A stretch of 64,000 nt of DNA, from the IMG/VR virus record IMGVR_UViG_3300008255_000114, positions 1 to 64,000 of that record; one strand, 5' to 3'. Below are positions 1-10,194 of this stretch, piece by piece (the stretch's first letter is position 1; each line of letters begins with the position of its first letter). Source of the DNA: a virus. The notes under the pieces were generated by a model. The model searched no databases. It was not told the origin of the DNA and worked only from the letters and a program-made list of their open reading frames with translations. The translations under genes were made by a program, and so were the position numbers.

Positions 1-794
1 GCCTTAGAGAGGATATCTTCTGGTAGGTATAGGATAGGTGTACCAGAGAAATCTTTAGTCACACCGACTAACGTACACTCTTGTAGGAGTATCTTCTCAC
101 GCCATGCTGTGTAACATGTATCAAATGCTGACACACCAAATGGTTGAGCATCAGTACCGCTGTATGTGATCAATGCTAACTTGTTACGAGGGATACTTAC
201 ATAACCTCTAGCAACATGCATTTCATAGTCGAATACGTCTGATGTATTTCTAAAGGCATTAAGGTTCTGCCTCATCTCAATAATATCACGACCACCATTG
301 CCAATAGTAAATGGTGTTGTTTGTTGTAATGATAATGGATGAATGTAGAGTAACTTATCAATAGTCCAGTAGTCTGCCCACTTACCCATACCTTTACGAT
401 ATGTCTTCTCAAATGGAGCTAAACCATCACGTTTAAATTCTGAGGCACTTCTAGCAAAACTACGTAGAGTTTGACCTCTCATATTAGAGTAGCAGTATTT
501 GAGGAAGTCAGCAGCCTCTTTAGACTGGGTAGAATGCTGGTTATAGGTTATCTCATAATTAGAGAAAGCCTTCTCAACAAGGATACAGTTCGCTGCAAAG
601 GCATTACCAACAGCATCATCAAGTAACATACATTGATATGTTCGAAGTCGTTGACTTTGTGATAGTTCATAAGGTCGGAGGATATTTACTATTTGTTTAA
701 TAGTTTCAATTGCAGGAGTTGCAACACTTTTCTTGGATTGACGAGTCTCTCTGGTATCTGTTTTAATTCGTGCCGACTTCGGCTGTTTAGCCAT
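1..794 (-). CDS. Portal protein, N-terminal part (runs off the window edge)
   Basis: ATG at 794 after a GAAGGGGA SD. Reads MAKQPKSARIK...LRPYELSQSQRLRTYQCMLLDDAVGNAF. It lies downstream of terL on the same strand, and the 'TY..M..D..V' segment is portal-like. Confidence 0.65.
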   Translation of the reverse strand, partial: MAKQPKSARIKTDTRETRQSKKSVATPAIETIKQIVNILRPYELSQSQRLRTYQCMLLDDAVGNAFAANCILVEKAFSNYEITYNQHSTQSKEAADFLKYCYSNMRGQTLRSFARSASEFKRDGLAPFEKTYRKGMGKWADYWTIDKLLYIHPLSLQQTTPFTIGNGGRDIIEMRQNLNAFRNTSDVFDYEMHVARGYVSIPRNKLALITYSGTDAQPFGVSAFDTCYTAWREKILLQECTLVGVTKDFSGTPILYLPEDILSK

Positions 795-846
795 GTTAAT
801 TCCCCTTCATTAAATACATAGCTTTATATGCTTATGTTATAATAGG

Positions 847-875
847 ATTATAGCAGATTTGGAAAAGTCAAGCAA
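847..875 (-). promoter_or_regulatory. Promoter upstream of portal: TTGCTT-17nt-TATAAT with extended -10 (TGcTATAAT)
   Basis: Read directly on the minus strand. Confidence 0.65.
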
Positions 876-928
876 ACTTGGAGGGATGTTGGTAATACGG
901 TGAGATTAGTATGAATTGAAGATAGTGG

Positions 929-952
929 AAAGCCAACCCAGAAGGTTGGCTT
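929..952 (-). terminator. Rho-independent terminator
   Basis: AAGCCAACC-loop-GGTTGGCTTT hairpin after the 985..1542 ORF. Confidence 0.7.
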
Positions 953-984
953 ATGTTTTAGTATAGTGTGTATAAATACAAATT

Positions 985-1542
985 TTAAATTTTAATTTCT
1001 TTAACGACACTGCCAACTGGTACTACAATCTCCTGCTTAACATAACGACAATCCTCATACACATTATTAAGGGTAGGCCACATGATAATTTCATAATATA
1101 GACTTACATCGTAACATTGGAAATACTGTACAAATTTACCTTTAATTATAAGGTCATTATCTTCTCTAATAAACACTTCATTTTTAACTTGAAAGTCTTT
1201 ATATAAACCTTGAGAAATTTCTTCTCTTAGTAGATAAACTTTATTCTCACCAATACTCCCACTAAAGTATAAAAAGCTACCACTTAGACTACCTGATACC
1301 TCAGAGTGAGATGGTTGGGTGGATACTAATACTTTCTCAGTAGTGTAGCTTCTGGTAGGGAATTCTTTTATCTCCATACCGTCAGAATAACACCAGATGA
1401 AAAATAGAAGTAAGAATTTTATAGAGGACGTCGCCTCATTATTACACCAACTAAAAGTTCTAGTTACTCCAACACCAAAGGAAAGCACTGCTAACATTCC
1501 CACTAAAACACTGATGACAGTTAAACTCTCTATATTCATCAT
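985..1542 (-). CDS. Hypothetical membrane protein
   Basis: GGAGG SD; two N-terminal hydrophobic segments. Confidence 0.6.
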   Translation of the reverse strand: MMNIESLTVISVLVGMLAVLSFGVGVTRTFSWCNNEATSSIKFLLLFFIWCYSDGMEIKEFPTRSYTTEKVLVSTQPSHSEVSGSLSGSFLYFSGSIGENKVYLLREEISQGLYKDFQVKNEVFIREDNDLIIKGKFVQYFQCYDVSLYYEIIMWPTLNNVYEDCRYVKQEIVVPVGSVVKEIKI

Positions 1543-1933
1543 TACCTCCTCTATTTAACTATTGCAAACAATGGTGATTTAGTATCAGCACCTAACTCAG
1601 CCAACACATCAACTTTACTAGTATAGATAGCCTCAGATAAATCAACTCCATCTTCTAGTGATAATTGTGCAGTACGTGGTACACCATCTTTACGGTAAAC
1701 GAATGTATATGTCATTTTAAATCTCCTTAATTAAATTACTGCAGCAGCTGTTGCAAATACTACCACTCCAGCGTAAATTGCGCATAGTTGTCGTAAACCA
1801 ACATCCCAATTAGCTGGGTTTAATAGTGTAGCGTCCATATAGATAAAGGAATATGCTAAAGTAATTAGTATAATAGGTATGAATATTAGGCATAGTATAG
1901 TCAATAAAATATATTTCCACATAGTGTTCTCCT

Positions 1934-2215
1934 TTATCTGTGGTAACCAAGTGAAATTAAATATTCGGCTAATGAACAACCTTTTGGGGTACAGCTACTA
2001 TAAACCTCAATGTAAGTCTGTAATTCACCTAACTCTGAAACTACAGGGTACTTTACAGAACTAACAGTGGTATCCTTCAACTTACCATGTGGTGTATCTA
2101 TATCATTGTTAGGTTCAGGTAATTTAACTTTTGATAACATATCATTAATTTCCTTTAGCCTAGAGTTTACATCCTCTTCTAAGAATAATACCACCTTCTT
2201 ATTTTTATCATTCAT
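1934..2215 (-). CDS. Hypothetical protein
   Basis: AGGAG SD; co-oriented with its neighbours. Confidence 0.55.
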   Translation of the reverse strand: MNDKNKKVVLFLEEDVNSRLKEINDMLSKVKLPEPNNDIDTPHGKLKDTTVSSVKYPVVSELGELQTYIEVYSSCTPKGCSLAEYLISLGYHR

Positions 2216-2500
2216 ACTACACTCCTTTAATTATGGTAGCGTAATCTCATATAGAAATGAGAATAAATCTTCACTTGTAACTCTAATAATGTCTTCAGAT
2301 GAACCCCATAACACATGTACTTTTCATAGTAGTAGTAAGTGTTATAGTCCGTCTTACCTTCACAAGAGATTACATCCCAACCTGCACAATGATGTCCAGT
2401 AGTGTGCAATCATTTTTGTATTCATAAATAAAAATCTCCTTACCGTTTAAGATAAGGAGATTATGTCAGGTTTTATATATGTTGTCAACACTTTATTTAC

Positions 2501-4078
2501 TTATTTAATACTGTCTTTCACACGTTGACGGATTTCAGCAAGTGAAGTCTCACGAACTAAATTACCATCCAAGAATACAGTCTGTAACTCACCAGATGCT
2601 TCTTGTTCGGGTGTTTGTTGGTTGTATTGGACGTAGGTACCATTTTCTAGTTCAATACGTAGTAAGCCTTTGGCAGACTTCTTCTTACTATCAGTCTTAG
2701 GGTCTTTACACACATCAACAGCCCCAATCAGAGAACCAGAAGCAAAAGTACTTTTCACAGCCGAACCATGAGTATCACGCGTAACATACTGATACGAATA
2801 AGAACCTACACCAAGCACCACTAAACCAGCATAACCTTTAGCCTCTAAACGAGAGATAATCTGGTCCTGTCGATCTAATGTAATACTATCTCCGTAAATA
2901 GCTCCAATATTTTCATGTAGTAATTTCAACCCTGTTGGTGATGTTGTGGTACCGAATAAGTCACCTAAGCATTCAATAAGACCTTTAGCTTCAAAAGCAT
3001 CAACATCTTTATATTTAGTGTTTTTGTCTGACGGGTCACCACTAAACACTCGATATTTACCATTATCCAATAGACTGCCACCTGTACCGCATAAAATATC
3101 TACAGGATCACCACTATCAGGGCGAATAACGAACTTACCATCTCGACTTAGGATATCTTCCTTAAGCATTGGTAAACCTTCCGACACAAACTTCCAGAAG
3201 TCAAAGCTGTCCGATACATGAGATAAAATTCCAGTAGGTGCTGCTTTGAATAATACTTCGCGGATGTAGGCAACCTCTGCTTCCAACTTAGAAATACCAC
3301 GTTCTTTCTCCAGCACAGCAATCGCAGTTGTGGTAATAGAGTGCTCTGTAGCATTCACTGAACAGCCTACTAACTCAGTCTCCATATTGGCATTGTAATA
3401 CTTTTCCGCAAATAAGATAGCGGGAATTGTGTCAGTGCCAGCAAAACTACATAGGTGACCAAAACCACTCATTGCTGCTGCGTGACGACCAAAAACGCCT
3501 CTCATTGAAAAATCGTGACACATAAACGGAACTAAATCGTGTGGTAACCCAGCAGCATCAAAAGCTTTCATTGTACGTTTAAGGTAAGCCCGTGCAGTAG
3601 TTGCTGATGTTTGGATACCCCAATTTTCTGTAGAGAATGAAGTTTCCAAGAAACCCTCTAACCAATCAAAACCTGCCACAGTATTTACAAAAGTAACTGG
3701 TGCGACTCCATATGGAACAGATACACCTTCTGGTAGTGCTTTAATATGAACAGGTAGGTAACCTAGGTCATGTAAATCTTCAAAATGTTTAGTATCGTAG
3801 TCTGATTGAAATAAACAGTACTTTGCAGTACGTTTAATCTCAGAGATAACTTGTTCTTTTGGTAAATTAAAAAAGGTACTATCCCACTCATGGATGAGAA
3901 CATCTTTGATAAAGTATTGTAATCCTACAAAAGTCACTTCTTTATTATCTTTAATATTCGATAATCTTCCATTACGTGAGGTGTAATTACCATACATAAA
4001 ATCCACCCCTTCAATAGCTCCAGCTTTATGGAACCATTTGTAAAAATCTGTCTGAGCTACTGCATTAGAAATTGTCAT
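2501..4078 (-). CDS. Nicotinamide phosphoribosyltransferase-like protein (probable Namat of NARP1)
   Basis: NAMPT motifs TDFYK, HDFSMRG, ATEHS, SDSFD, VIRPDSGDP, IYGDSIT, KDPKTD..KKSAKG. Confidence 0.92.
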   Translation of the reverse strand: MTISNAVAQTDFYKWFHKAGAIEGVDFMYGNYTSRNGRLSNIKDNKEVTFVGLQYFIKDVLIHEWDSTFFNLPKEQVISEIKRTAKYCLFQSDYDTKHFEDLHDLGYLPVHIKALPEGVSVPYGVAPVTFVNTVAGFDWLEGFLETSFSTENWGIQTSATTARAYLKRTMKAFDAAGLPHDLVPFMCHDFSMRGVFGRHAAAMSGFGHLCSFAGTDTIPAILFAEKYYNANMETELVGCSVNATEHSITTTAIAVLEKERGISKLEAEVAYIREVLFKAAPTGILSHVSDSFDFWKFVSEGLPMLKEDILSRDGKFVIRPDSGDPVDILCGTGGSLLDNGKYRVFSGDPSDKNTKYKDVDAFEAKGLIECLGDLFGTTTSPTGLKLLHENIGAIYGDSITLDRQDQIISRLEAKGYAGLVVLGVGSYSYQYVTRDTHGSAVKSTFASGSLIGAVDVCKDPKTDSKKKSAKGLLRIELENGTYVQYNQQTPEQEASGELQTVFLDGNLVRETSLAEIRQRVKDSIK

Positions 4079-4089
4079 ATTTGTTCTCC

Positions 4090-4941
4090 TTATTTTCCTA
4101 AATTAAAATTAGTAATATCTTGTTTGTTGAGATACTTACCTACTGTATGATAACAGTAAACATTATTAATCAAACCTTTTAAACTGTCAAGCCCTTTTGC
4201 ACCAATCATGTGTGTAATGTATAAATCAACTTGCTTGGCTCCAGCTTCTTTCAGTAGTTTAGCCAGTGCATAGAAAGTATATCCACCATCAAAAATATCA
4301 TCTGGAATCAATACTACCTTTCCTTTGAAATCAATATCAGGTAACACAGATTTGATAATCTTACCTGTACTAATATCACGCTCCTTGTCACAATCATAAA
4401 CATCCACTCCAAGGTGTGCTGCAATACTAGCTGCTTTATTCACACTACCCTTATCTGGTGCAAGGATAATATCATAGTTAGTATTAAAGTCAAACGGTAT
4501 TGATTGTTTAAAGCACTCTAGTTGAGATTTCTCAATTATATTAGGAACACTACCAATATTCAAACAATTGTTATTATGTATATCACTACATAATACTTCA
4601 GTGAATCCAAAACTATTTAAGTCTTGTAAAAAGTCATACAGCGGGGATGGATTACCTTTCTCAAATACCCTATCTGCTCTGCCATAACCTAAGTACGGCA
4701 GATTTAGGATAGTACTGAATTTCTGTCCTTGTAGCATTACACAACCATAGAAATTTTCTATACAACTCACCACTAGCCTAATTTCCTCCCTGATCCTGTA
4801 CACTGGGGTAGTAGGGCAAACATTGACACTAATATAACGTGGATTCTCTGGTAACTTATCAAGTTTAAAAGTTAAAGCTCCATCACTGAACTCGATCATA
4901 TTAACTGGGATTTCTTTATTATCTGCAAATACTGTAATCAT
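4090..4941 (-). CDS. Ribose-phosphate pyrophosphokinase-like protein (probable Adps of NARP1)
   Basis: FSDG, LPYLGYGRADR, DIH, APDKG, DDIFDGGYT and YITH motifs of the Prs fold; adjacent to the NAMPT-like gene. Confidence 0.9.
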   Translation of the reverse strand: MITVFADNKEIPVNMIEFSDGALTFKLDKLPENPRYISVNVCPTTPVYRIREEIRLVVSCIENFYGCVMLQGQKFSTILNLPYLGYGRADRVFEKGNPSPLYDFLQDLNSFGFTEVLCSDIHNNNCLNIGSVPNIIEKSQLECFKQSIPFDFNTNYDIILAPDKGSVNKAASIAAHLGVDVYDCDKERDISTGKIIKSVLPDIDFKGKVVLIPDDIFDGGYTFYALAKLLKEAGAKQVDLYITHMIGAKGLDSLKGLINNVYCYHTVGKYLNKQDITNFNLGK

Positions 4942-4952
4942 AATACTTCTCC

Positions 4953-5474
4953 TTATTTTAAAATTAACTCTAATTGTTCACCACTCATATCGTTTGGGTC
5001 TAAACCTTCTGGTAATAAAATCTTACTATTGCACACTCTCGATAACATTTTACCAGCTTTATCACCTTCACAAATTGCTATTGTACGACAAGGTAGTGTA
5101 CTTAGCCAAGGTTTTAATTGTTGAGGATTATTTGACAGTACAGCCAAACAACGTCTGCCAGTATTTAGTACACTTATTGCATCCCAAATACCTTCAACTA
5201 AGTATAGTGGCTCAGTTGACGCTAAGTCAACAAATTCTAAACCCCAAGCAGTAAGTACATCCTTACGTCTATAAGTCCAATATTTACCTTTAGTATCATT
5301 GTTGCGAAGTTTACTAGCCTTCCAATTATACTGCTGATAACCTACTAGTTGTCCACTTACAGTCCATAGTGGGAATGTTAATATTTGATTATCAAAATCA
5401 ATCCAATTATTAAGACTCTTTAGGATTTTCATGTTATATCCAGATCTACCCTCTAGATGTTCAGTATAACTCAT
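4953..5474 (-). CDS. Small Toprim-domain (primase-like) protein
   Basis: LYLVEGIWDAIS, EGDKAG and LPEGLDPND Toprim motifs. Confidence 0.75.
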   Translation of the reverse strand: MSYTEHLEGRSGYNMKILKSLNNWIDFDNQILTFPLWTVSGQLVGYQQYNWKASKLRNNDTKGKYWTYRRKDVLTAWGLEFVDLASTEPLYLVEGIWDAISVLNTGRRCLAVLSNNPQQLKPWLSTLPCRTIAICEGDKAGKMLSRVCNSKILLPEGLDPNDMSGEQLELILK

Positions 5475-6772
5475 AGTCTCTCCTTCCATTTATCCTGAAC
5501 CTCACGGATCAACTTAATTTTCTCTTGCCTAATTGTTTGACCAATTATAACACCAGTTTTACCTTCTGCAAGCATTTTCTCAGACAAGGGCTTACTATCG
5601 TATCCAAGTACAGCCCTTAAACAATCTTCAAGGTATTCCCGTTGAATATAAGGATTATTTTCAAACTCTGCAATCTGTTCAGCTCCATTACCCCTACCTT
5701 TAGCGTCTGCCTCACAAGCCTTCAACATTTTATAAAATTGTTCTGGTTTCTTTAATGCACTGGTATCTTCAAACAACTTCATAATTGATTTTGGTCTCAT
5801 CCAATCATTACTACCTCTCCCAATACAGCCGTGAACTTTAGTGTGATACTCACAAGTAATTAATGCGAGGTTACGGTAACTATTAGGTACTTTCCATTTA
5901 TCACAGAATTTATTAACTACAGCAAATCCAGTTTCCTCGTGACCAAAAGCATTACCATAAGACAACCAGCAAGGATGTTTACCTAGATCATGTAACATAC
6001 AAGCTAAATTTATCTCAGTATCACCCCAAGTTTTAGCTGCATAATCTACAACAAGTTCCTGATGGATACCTACCCATACCTCTGGATGATGAGTTACTTT
6101 CTGAGGAGTAGTATATCCATGATTTATTTCTAGAAATAGATGATCATAATTTTTAAGAGTCTTAAAGTATAAACTAGGAGTACGTTCAGACAAGGCCTTC
6201 TTAGTTTCCAGCCATACCCTTTCAGGTACTAAATTAAGTAGTTCACCAGATAAGTAAATTTGTTGCATTAATCTCCACGTAGAGGAAGCTACCTTCCATG
6301 TACCAAACCTAGCCATAAATCTAGCAACACGTAGTACTCTCAAAGGATCTTCTGCAAAGTGTTTTGTAGTACAACGTAGTACTTTATTCTTAATATCAGG
6401 TATGCCACTAAAAGGGTCTATAACACTACCAATGGTAACAGGTTCTCCAAGTAATACACTTGCCTCAAAGTCAACTTCAATAGCCATAGCATTGATTGTG
6501 AGGTCTCTGCGGGATAAGTCCTGTTCCAATGTGACACCATTACACTCAACATCAAAACCTGTGTAACCTTCTCCAACTTTACGTTCTGTTCTGGCGAGGC
6601 CAACTTCCCAACCGTTAGTTGGTTCAAGGAATACAGGAAAGTCATTTCCAACGGATTTCCAATTTGAAAAGTCAGAGGGTTTTGCACCTACTACAACAAA
6701 ATCATAATCCTTACATGGAACAGCCATTACCATATCACGTACTGCACCCCCAACCAGATAATATTTAATCAC
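5471..6772 (-). CDS. cca: CCA-adding tRNA nucleotidyltransferase with HD domain
   Basis: YLVGGAVRD, DYDFVV, DLSRRDLTINAMA, EDPLRVLRVARF, PERVW; HHPE and LHDLGK HD domain. Confidence 0.93.
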   Translation of the reverse strand: MIKYYLVGGAVRDMVMAVPCKDYDFVVVGAKPSDFSNWKSVGNDFPVFLEPTNGWEVGLARTERKVGEGYTGFDVECNGVTLEQDLSRRDLTINAMAIEVDFEASVLLGEPVTIGSVIDPFSGIPDIKNKVLRCTTKHFAEDPLRVLRVARFMARFGTWKVASSTWRLMQQIYLSGELLNLVPERVWLETKKALSERTPSLYFKTLKNYDHLFLEINHGYTTPQKVTHHPEVWVGIHQELVVDYAAKTWGDTEINLACMLHDLGKHPCWLSYGNAFGHEETGFAVVNKFCDKWKVPNSYRNLALITCEYHTKVHGCIGRGSNDWMRPKSIMKLFEDTSALKKPEQFYKMLKACEADAKGRGNGAEQIAEFENNPYIQREYLEDCLRAVLGYDSKPLSEKMLAEGKTGVIIGQTIRQEKIKLIREVQDKWKERL

Positions 6773-6845
6773 TTTGTAAAGCCTCCTATTTAAATTAGAC
6801 GATAAATATACAATACTTAAACCTACCTGTCAACATATAAAATAA

Positions 6846-6872
6846 AACCCACACAAATTAATGTATGGGTTT
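6846..6872 (-). terminator. Rho-independent terminator, followed by a TTGACA-17-TATATT promoter at about 6805-6833
   Basis: AAACCCATAC..GTGTGGGTTTTATTTT hairpin plus U-tract. Confidence 0.6.
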
Positions 6873-6883
6873 GAGGGTTTAGT

Positions 6884-7993
6884 CTACTTATTTAGTTCAT
6901 TAATATACCAAGTACGTGCTTTAGTTGATAAGTATTTTCCCACGTCCTTCATTGTAAGGTTATTACTTTCTAGCACATCACCTTCTTCTTTATTGATATC
7001 CTTACTTACCCAACTAAGGAATGCACCAATTAACTTCTGGTCTTTACCGACCTCAGATAAACCTTGTTGTAGTCGATTCTCTGTGGCAGCATACTCTACA
7101 AACTCTTGAATTGAATTTAACTTCTCTACATCCACTGAAGCTACAGATTTAACTTTAGACACAGAATGTTTTTCACCTTTAGTTTTAAACCAATTACCAC
7201 TGTCCCAACAATGTTCAGCACCAACTGGAGTCCACACTAAACCTTCTCCAAGTAGCTGTGGGGTGTTATTTTCATCCACTAAACCTAGTTGATTAGATAC
7301 GGGACAACACTCCTCTACGGACTTAGTGGCTTCAACCAGAGTGTTCTGTGAGTAGCTTGGATTCTGAAAATCAATTTTAACTCTCCGTACAGGAAAATCT
7401 GTAATGGAGTAAATACCATCTACATGAGAATCCTCATTAGTCAGTAAAGATGTAACTTCAACAGGTAACCAACCTTGTTTAGCATTCTGATCAGTTTCAC
7501 CAGCCTTAATACCAAAGATAAAGAAAGACTTCTTAGTTAAGAATGAAATACCAACACTTTTCTGAACACCAGATCCTACCCACTCACCTGAAATCTTAAT
7601 AGGGAGTAAGTCCACACCAGTATTATCTTTGACAGCACGTCTAGCATTCTCTACAACTTCCAGTACAGAGTCAAACCTACGTGACATAGATTGTGCAAAC
7701 TCCGCATTGTCGGAAAGCAATACAAATTCCCCGTCAGGTTTGTTATAGCCAAGTAAGTTGTTCTTACTATGATAACTGATAGTATTATCTTCATGCACAA
7801 TAATACTTGCGTTAGTGCCATGTAATTTAACAGTACCAATGTATTCAATAGTGGGTGCAATAGCAAGTTCATTTAAGATAACATTACCCTCAGAATCAAA
7901 CCCGTTAAATTTAGCGCACTGTTGAATATTCTTAACCACATTACGGAATTGACCTGTTGAGTGGAATGAATAGTTTGTTGGTTGTTGTGACAT
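6884..7993 (-). CDS. RNA ligase, Rnl2 family
   Basis: Motif I TVKLHGTNA, SGEWVG, FFIFGI, GEGLVW, FKTKGEKH; C-terminal 'ATENRL' domain. Confidence 0.85.
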   Translation of the reverse strand: MSQQPTNYSFHSTGQFRNVVKNIQQCAKFNGFDSEGNVILNELAIAPTIEYIGTVKLHGTNASIIVHEDNTISYHSKNNLLGYNKPDGEFVLLSDNAEFAQSMSRRFDSVLEVVENARRAVKDNTGVDLLPIKISGEWVGSGVQKSVGISFLTKKSFFIFGIKAGETDQNAKQGWLPVEVTSLLTNEDSHVDGIYSITDFPVRRVKIDFQNPSYSQNTLVEATKSVEECCPVSNQLGLVDENNTPQLLGEGLVWTPVGAEHCWDSGNWFKTKGEKHSVSKVKSVASVDVEKLNSIQEFVEYAATENRLQQGLSEVGKDQKLIGAFLSWVSKDINKEEGDVLESNNLTMKDVGKYLSTKARTWYINELNK

Positions 7994-8092
7994 AGTTTTC
8001 TCCTTATTTAATAAAATTAATCATTCGTGTTAGTGAGATAACTATACACTATCTAAGAACAACGTCAACAACTATTTTAATTTATTTGATAT

Positions 8093-8131
8093 AAAGAAGA
8101 ACACCCCACTCACATAAAGTAAGCGGGGTGT
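8093..8131 (-). terminator. Terminator after terL
   Basis: ACACCCCGCTTAC-TTTAT-GTGAGTGGGGTGT followed by TCTTCTTT. Confidence 0.75.
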
Positions 8132-8210
8132 GTTAGGTGTGGAGGGAAAGTAGAATATGATGAGGAAGGAGTGGGTGTCACGTTGCGTGACAGGGGATAT
8201 TAGAGATATG

Positions 8211-10194
8211 TTACTTGATGCGGCTTCTGTGGGCAGCTAATGCCGTGGGGGAGGAGATTGTTGGTAGTGAGTATGCTTTATGGATCTTAGAGGTACATGC
8301 ATAATTATACGCAGAAGCAACACAGTCTGGGAAATCATCTTTTCGAGTAGAAGATGAACGCTCCCCATCGAAAGATTCCAACTCTTTCATAATCCATTCA
8401 TAGGTTTTATCATCAAAAGTACTACGGACTATTTTAATAAGACCATTCTCTGCTGCTGTTGCAAAAGGTAGAAATCTTGTCAATTTAGACTTATTACCTG
8501 CAACAGGATCTTTCTTTACGCTAAAACCATTACTAGCAAAATACTTAGACATCTCTGTGTATACTTGTTTACCTGCTGATGCTGGATCTACTGGTAAGAC
8601 TATAATACATTCATCTCCGTCTAATTTTGCTTGGGATAACATCATGGTATCTCTATCACCAACACGTTTACATACCCTGCCATATACTGATTCTACTTCG
8701 TCATAGAAGTCTTCGTGGTAATTACCTGCTAGGTAAAAGTAATTATCCTTACTACGGTACAGTTTTATGCTGGTAGTGGCATCAGGAGCTTTGTTTACCT
8801 GACTTCTCTCTGTAGCAGCTAAATCATACCCTCTAACAACACTACATCCTTCTGGTATTCTACTTACTTCATCTAACCATGACCTTAAAAAATAATTAGC
8901 CCCCTTACTACGTATCTTCCAGTTACCTAAAAGCAACTGCGCCCTATCAGTATCATTAAGACCTTCTAAGAAAGCGACGTATTCGGGATTACTTTTCATC
9001 ATATGGGGATTCGATAACTTGTTATAAAACAAGCACTTGGACTATATCTTCACCTATTGAGGTGTTCTATTTTCGAGTAATAAACTACCCTACACCCTGA
9101 CGGGTTAGTCTCTGAAGGTGTTAACTAACGTTAACGTCCCTGCTGATTGGTCACGTAGTGACTATCCCAGCAATTAAAAGAATTATTCACCACGAAATCA
9201 CTAACGTGGGCGACAATCATTCATCGTAAACGTTTGCAGATACAAAGGTAAAAGATAAAATTTTACCTTGCCACTGGTCCTCTGGTATATCGTACTTTTC
9301 TGCTAGTTCTTTTTTAGAGTTACCCCATAAAAATTCACCATCTTTTCTAATAAAGTACCTGATAACCCCATCTTTTTCTGGATCTGGGTAACCCTCTTCA
9401 TCCAAATACCAATCAATGATTTTACATAACTCATGATCTGGGTTAGGGTTACAGCTCATAACCATACGAGAGAAATATTTAGACTCAGAACGTAAACGAG
9501 ACATCATATACTCTAGCATAGGCCATTCAAATTGAGTAGCTTCCAATTATGTTTATAGGTTTCATTACTACCTACATTCTCTATATCACTATAGACGTTC
9601 AGACTATATCTTCACTATGTTTAGTGTTATGCGCTTCGATATTATTTAATACCTACACCCGTAAGGGTTAGTCGTTGCACCTGACAATATTAATATTGTA
9701 TTGGCTCAGTATTGTCTCTTGGAGATATCCACTGAATTCACATAATTTAACGTAGACAATTAACTAAAATCTACGCCTATAAAGGTGTATTGTAATCCTT
9801 GTATATTCAGGCGATCTTTAAAGTGCTCCATCGGCATGTATTTAACTTTAGCCCCGTTATACACAAGCTTTCCAGTATAATTATCTACTGTAGGAAATAT
9901 TGCTTCTAGTGCCTTTTCTCTTATCTTTGGGCGTTGATGAGGAGGTAATGCCTGAAATATATCCTTACCTGTATCCCAAATACCACCCTGCCCTGTTATT
10001 TGTGGAGTTGTCCTTCGGAACATGACACAATTAGTTTTTGGGTCATCGATAAATAATAAATTAAGTAATTGTAATATATAACTTTTCCCTGAACCAGCAG
10101 CACCTCCGATCACTACAATCTGCGCCTCTAGTGCAGCTTTTAGCATCATCTCTTGTTTCCTTGATGCTGGTGCAAACAATGCTTGCTCACTCAT
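8211..10194 (-). CDS. terL: Terminase large subunit, three exons (9769-10194, 9223-9543, 8211-9011), about 515 aa spliced
   Basis: Walker A GGAAGSGKS; splicing restores Walker B FIGVD|EATQF and NVYD|NPHMMKSNPEY; MSCNP coupling motif; RuvC-like nuclease RGYDLA...KDDFPD. Confidence 0.93.
9012..9222 (-). ncRNA. Group I intron 2 in terL (211 nt, no ORF)
   Basis: 5' exon ends CGAU pairing with GUCG (U.G at the splice site); P AAUUGCUGGGA, Q AAUCAGCAGG, R CAGAGACUA, S AAGAUAUAGUCC; terminal G; in-frame junction. Confidence 0.92.
9544..9768 (-). ncRNA. Group I intron 1 in terL (225 nt, no ORF)
   Basis: P1 CGUAGAU/GUCUACG with U.G; P AAUUCAGUGGA, Q AAUACUGAG, R CAACGACUA, S AAGAUAUAGUCU; terminal G; junction restores Walker B DE. 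Confidence 0.92.

Noticed and set aside
8211-10194. terL as a frameshifted pseudogene or three separate genes
   Set aside because: Both gaps carry complete group I cores and splice in frame
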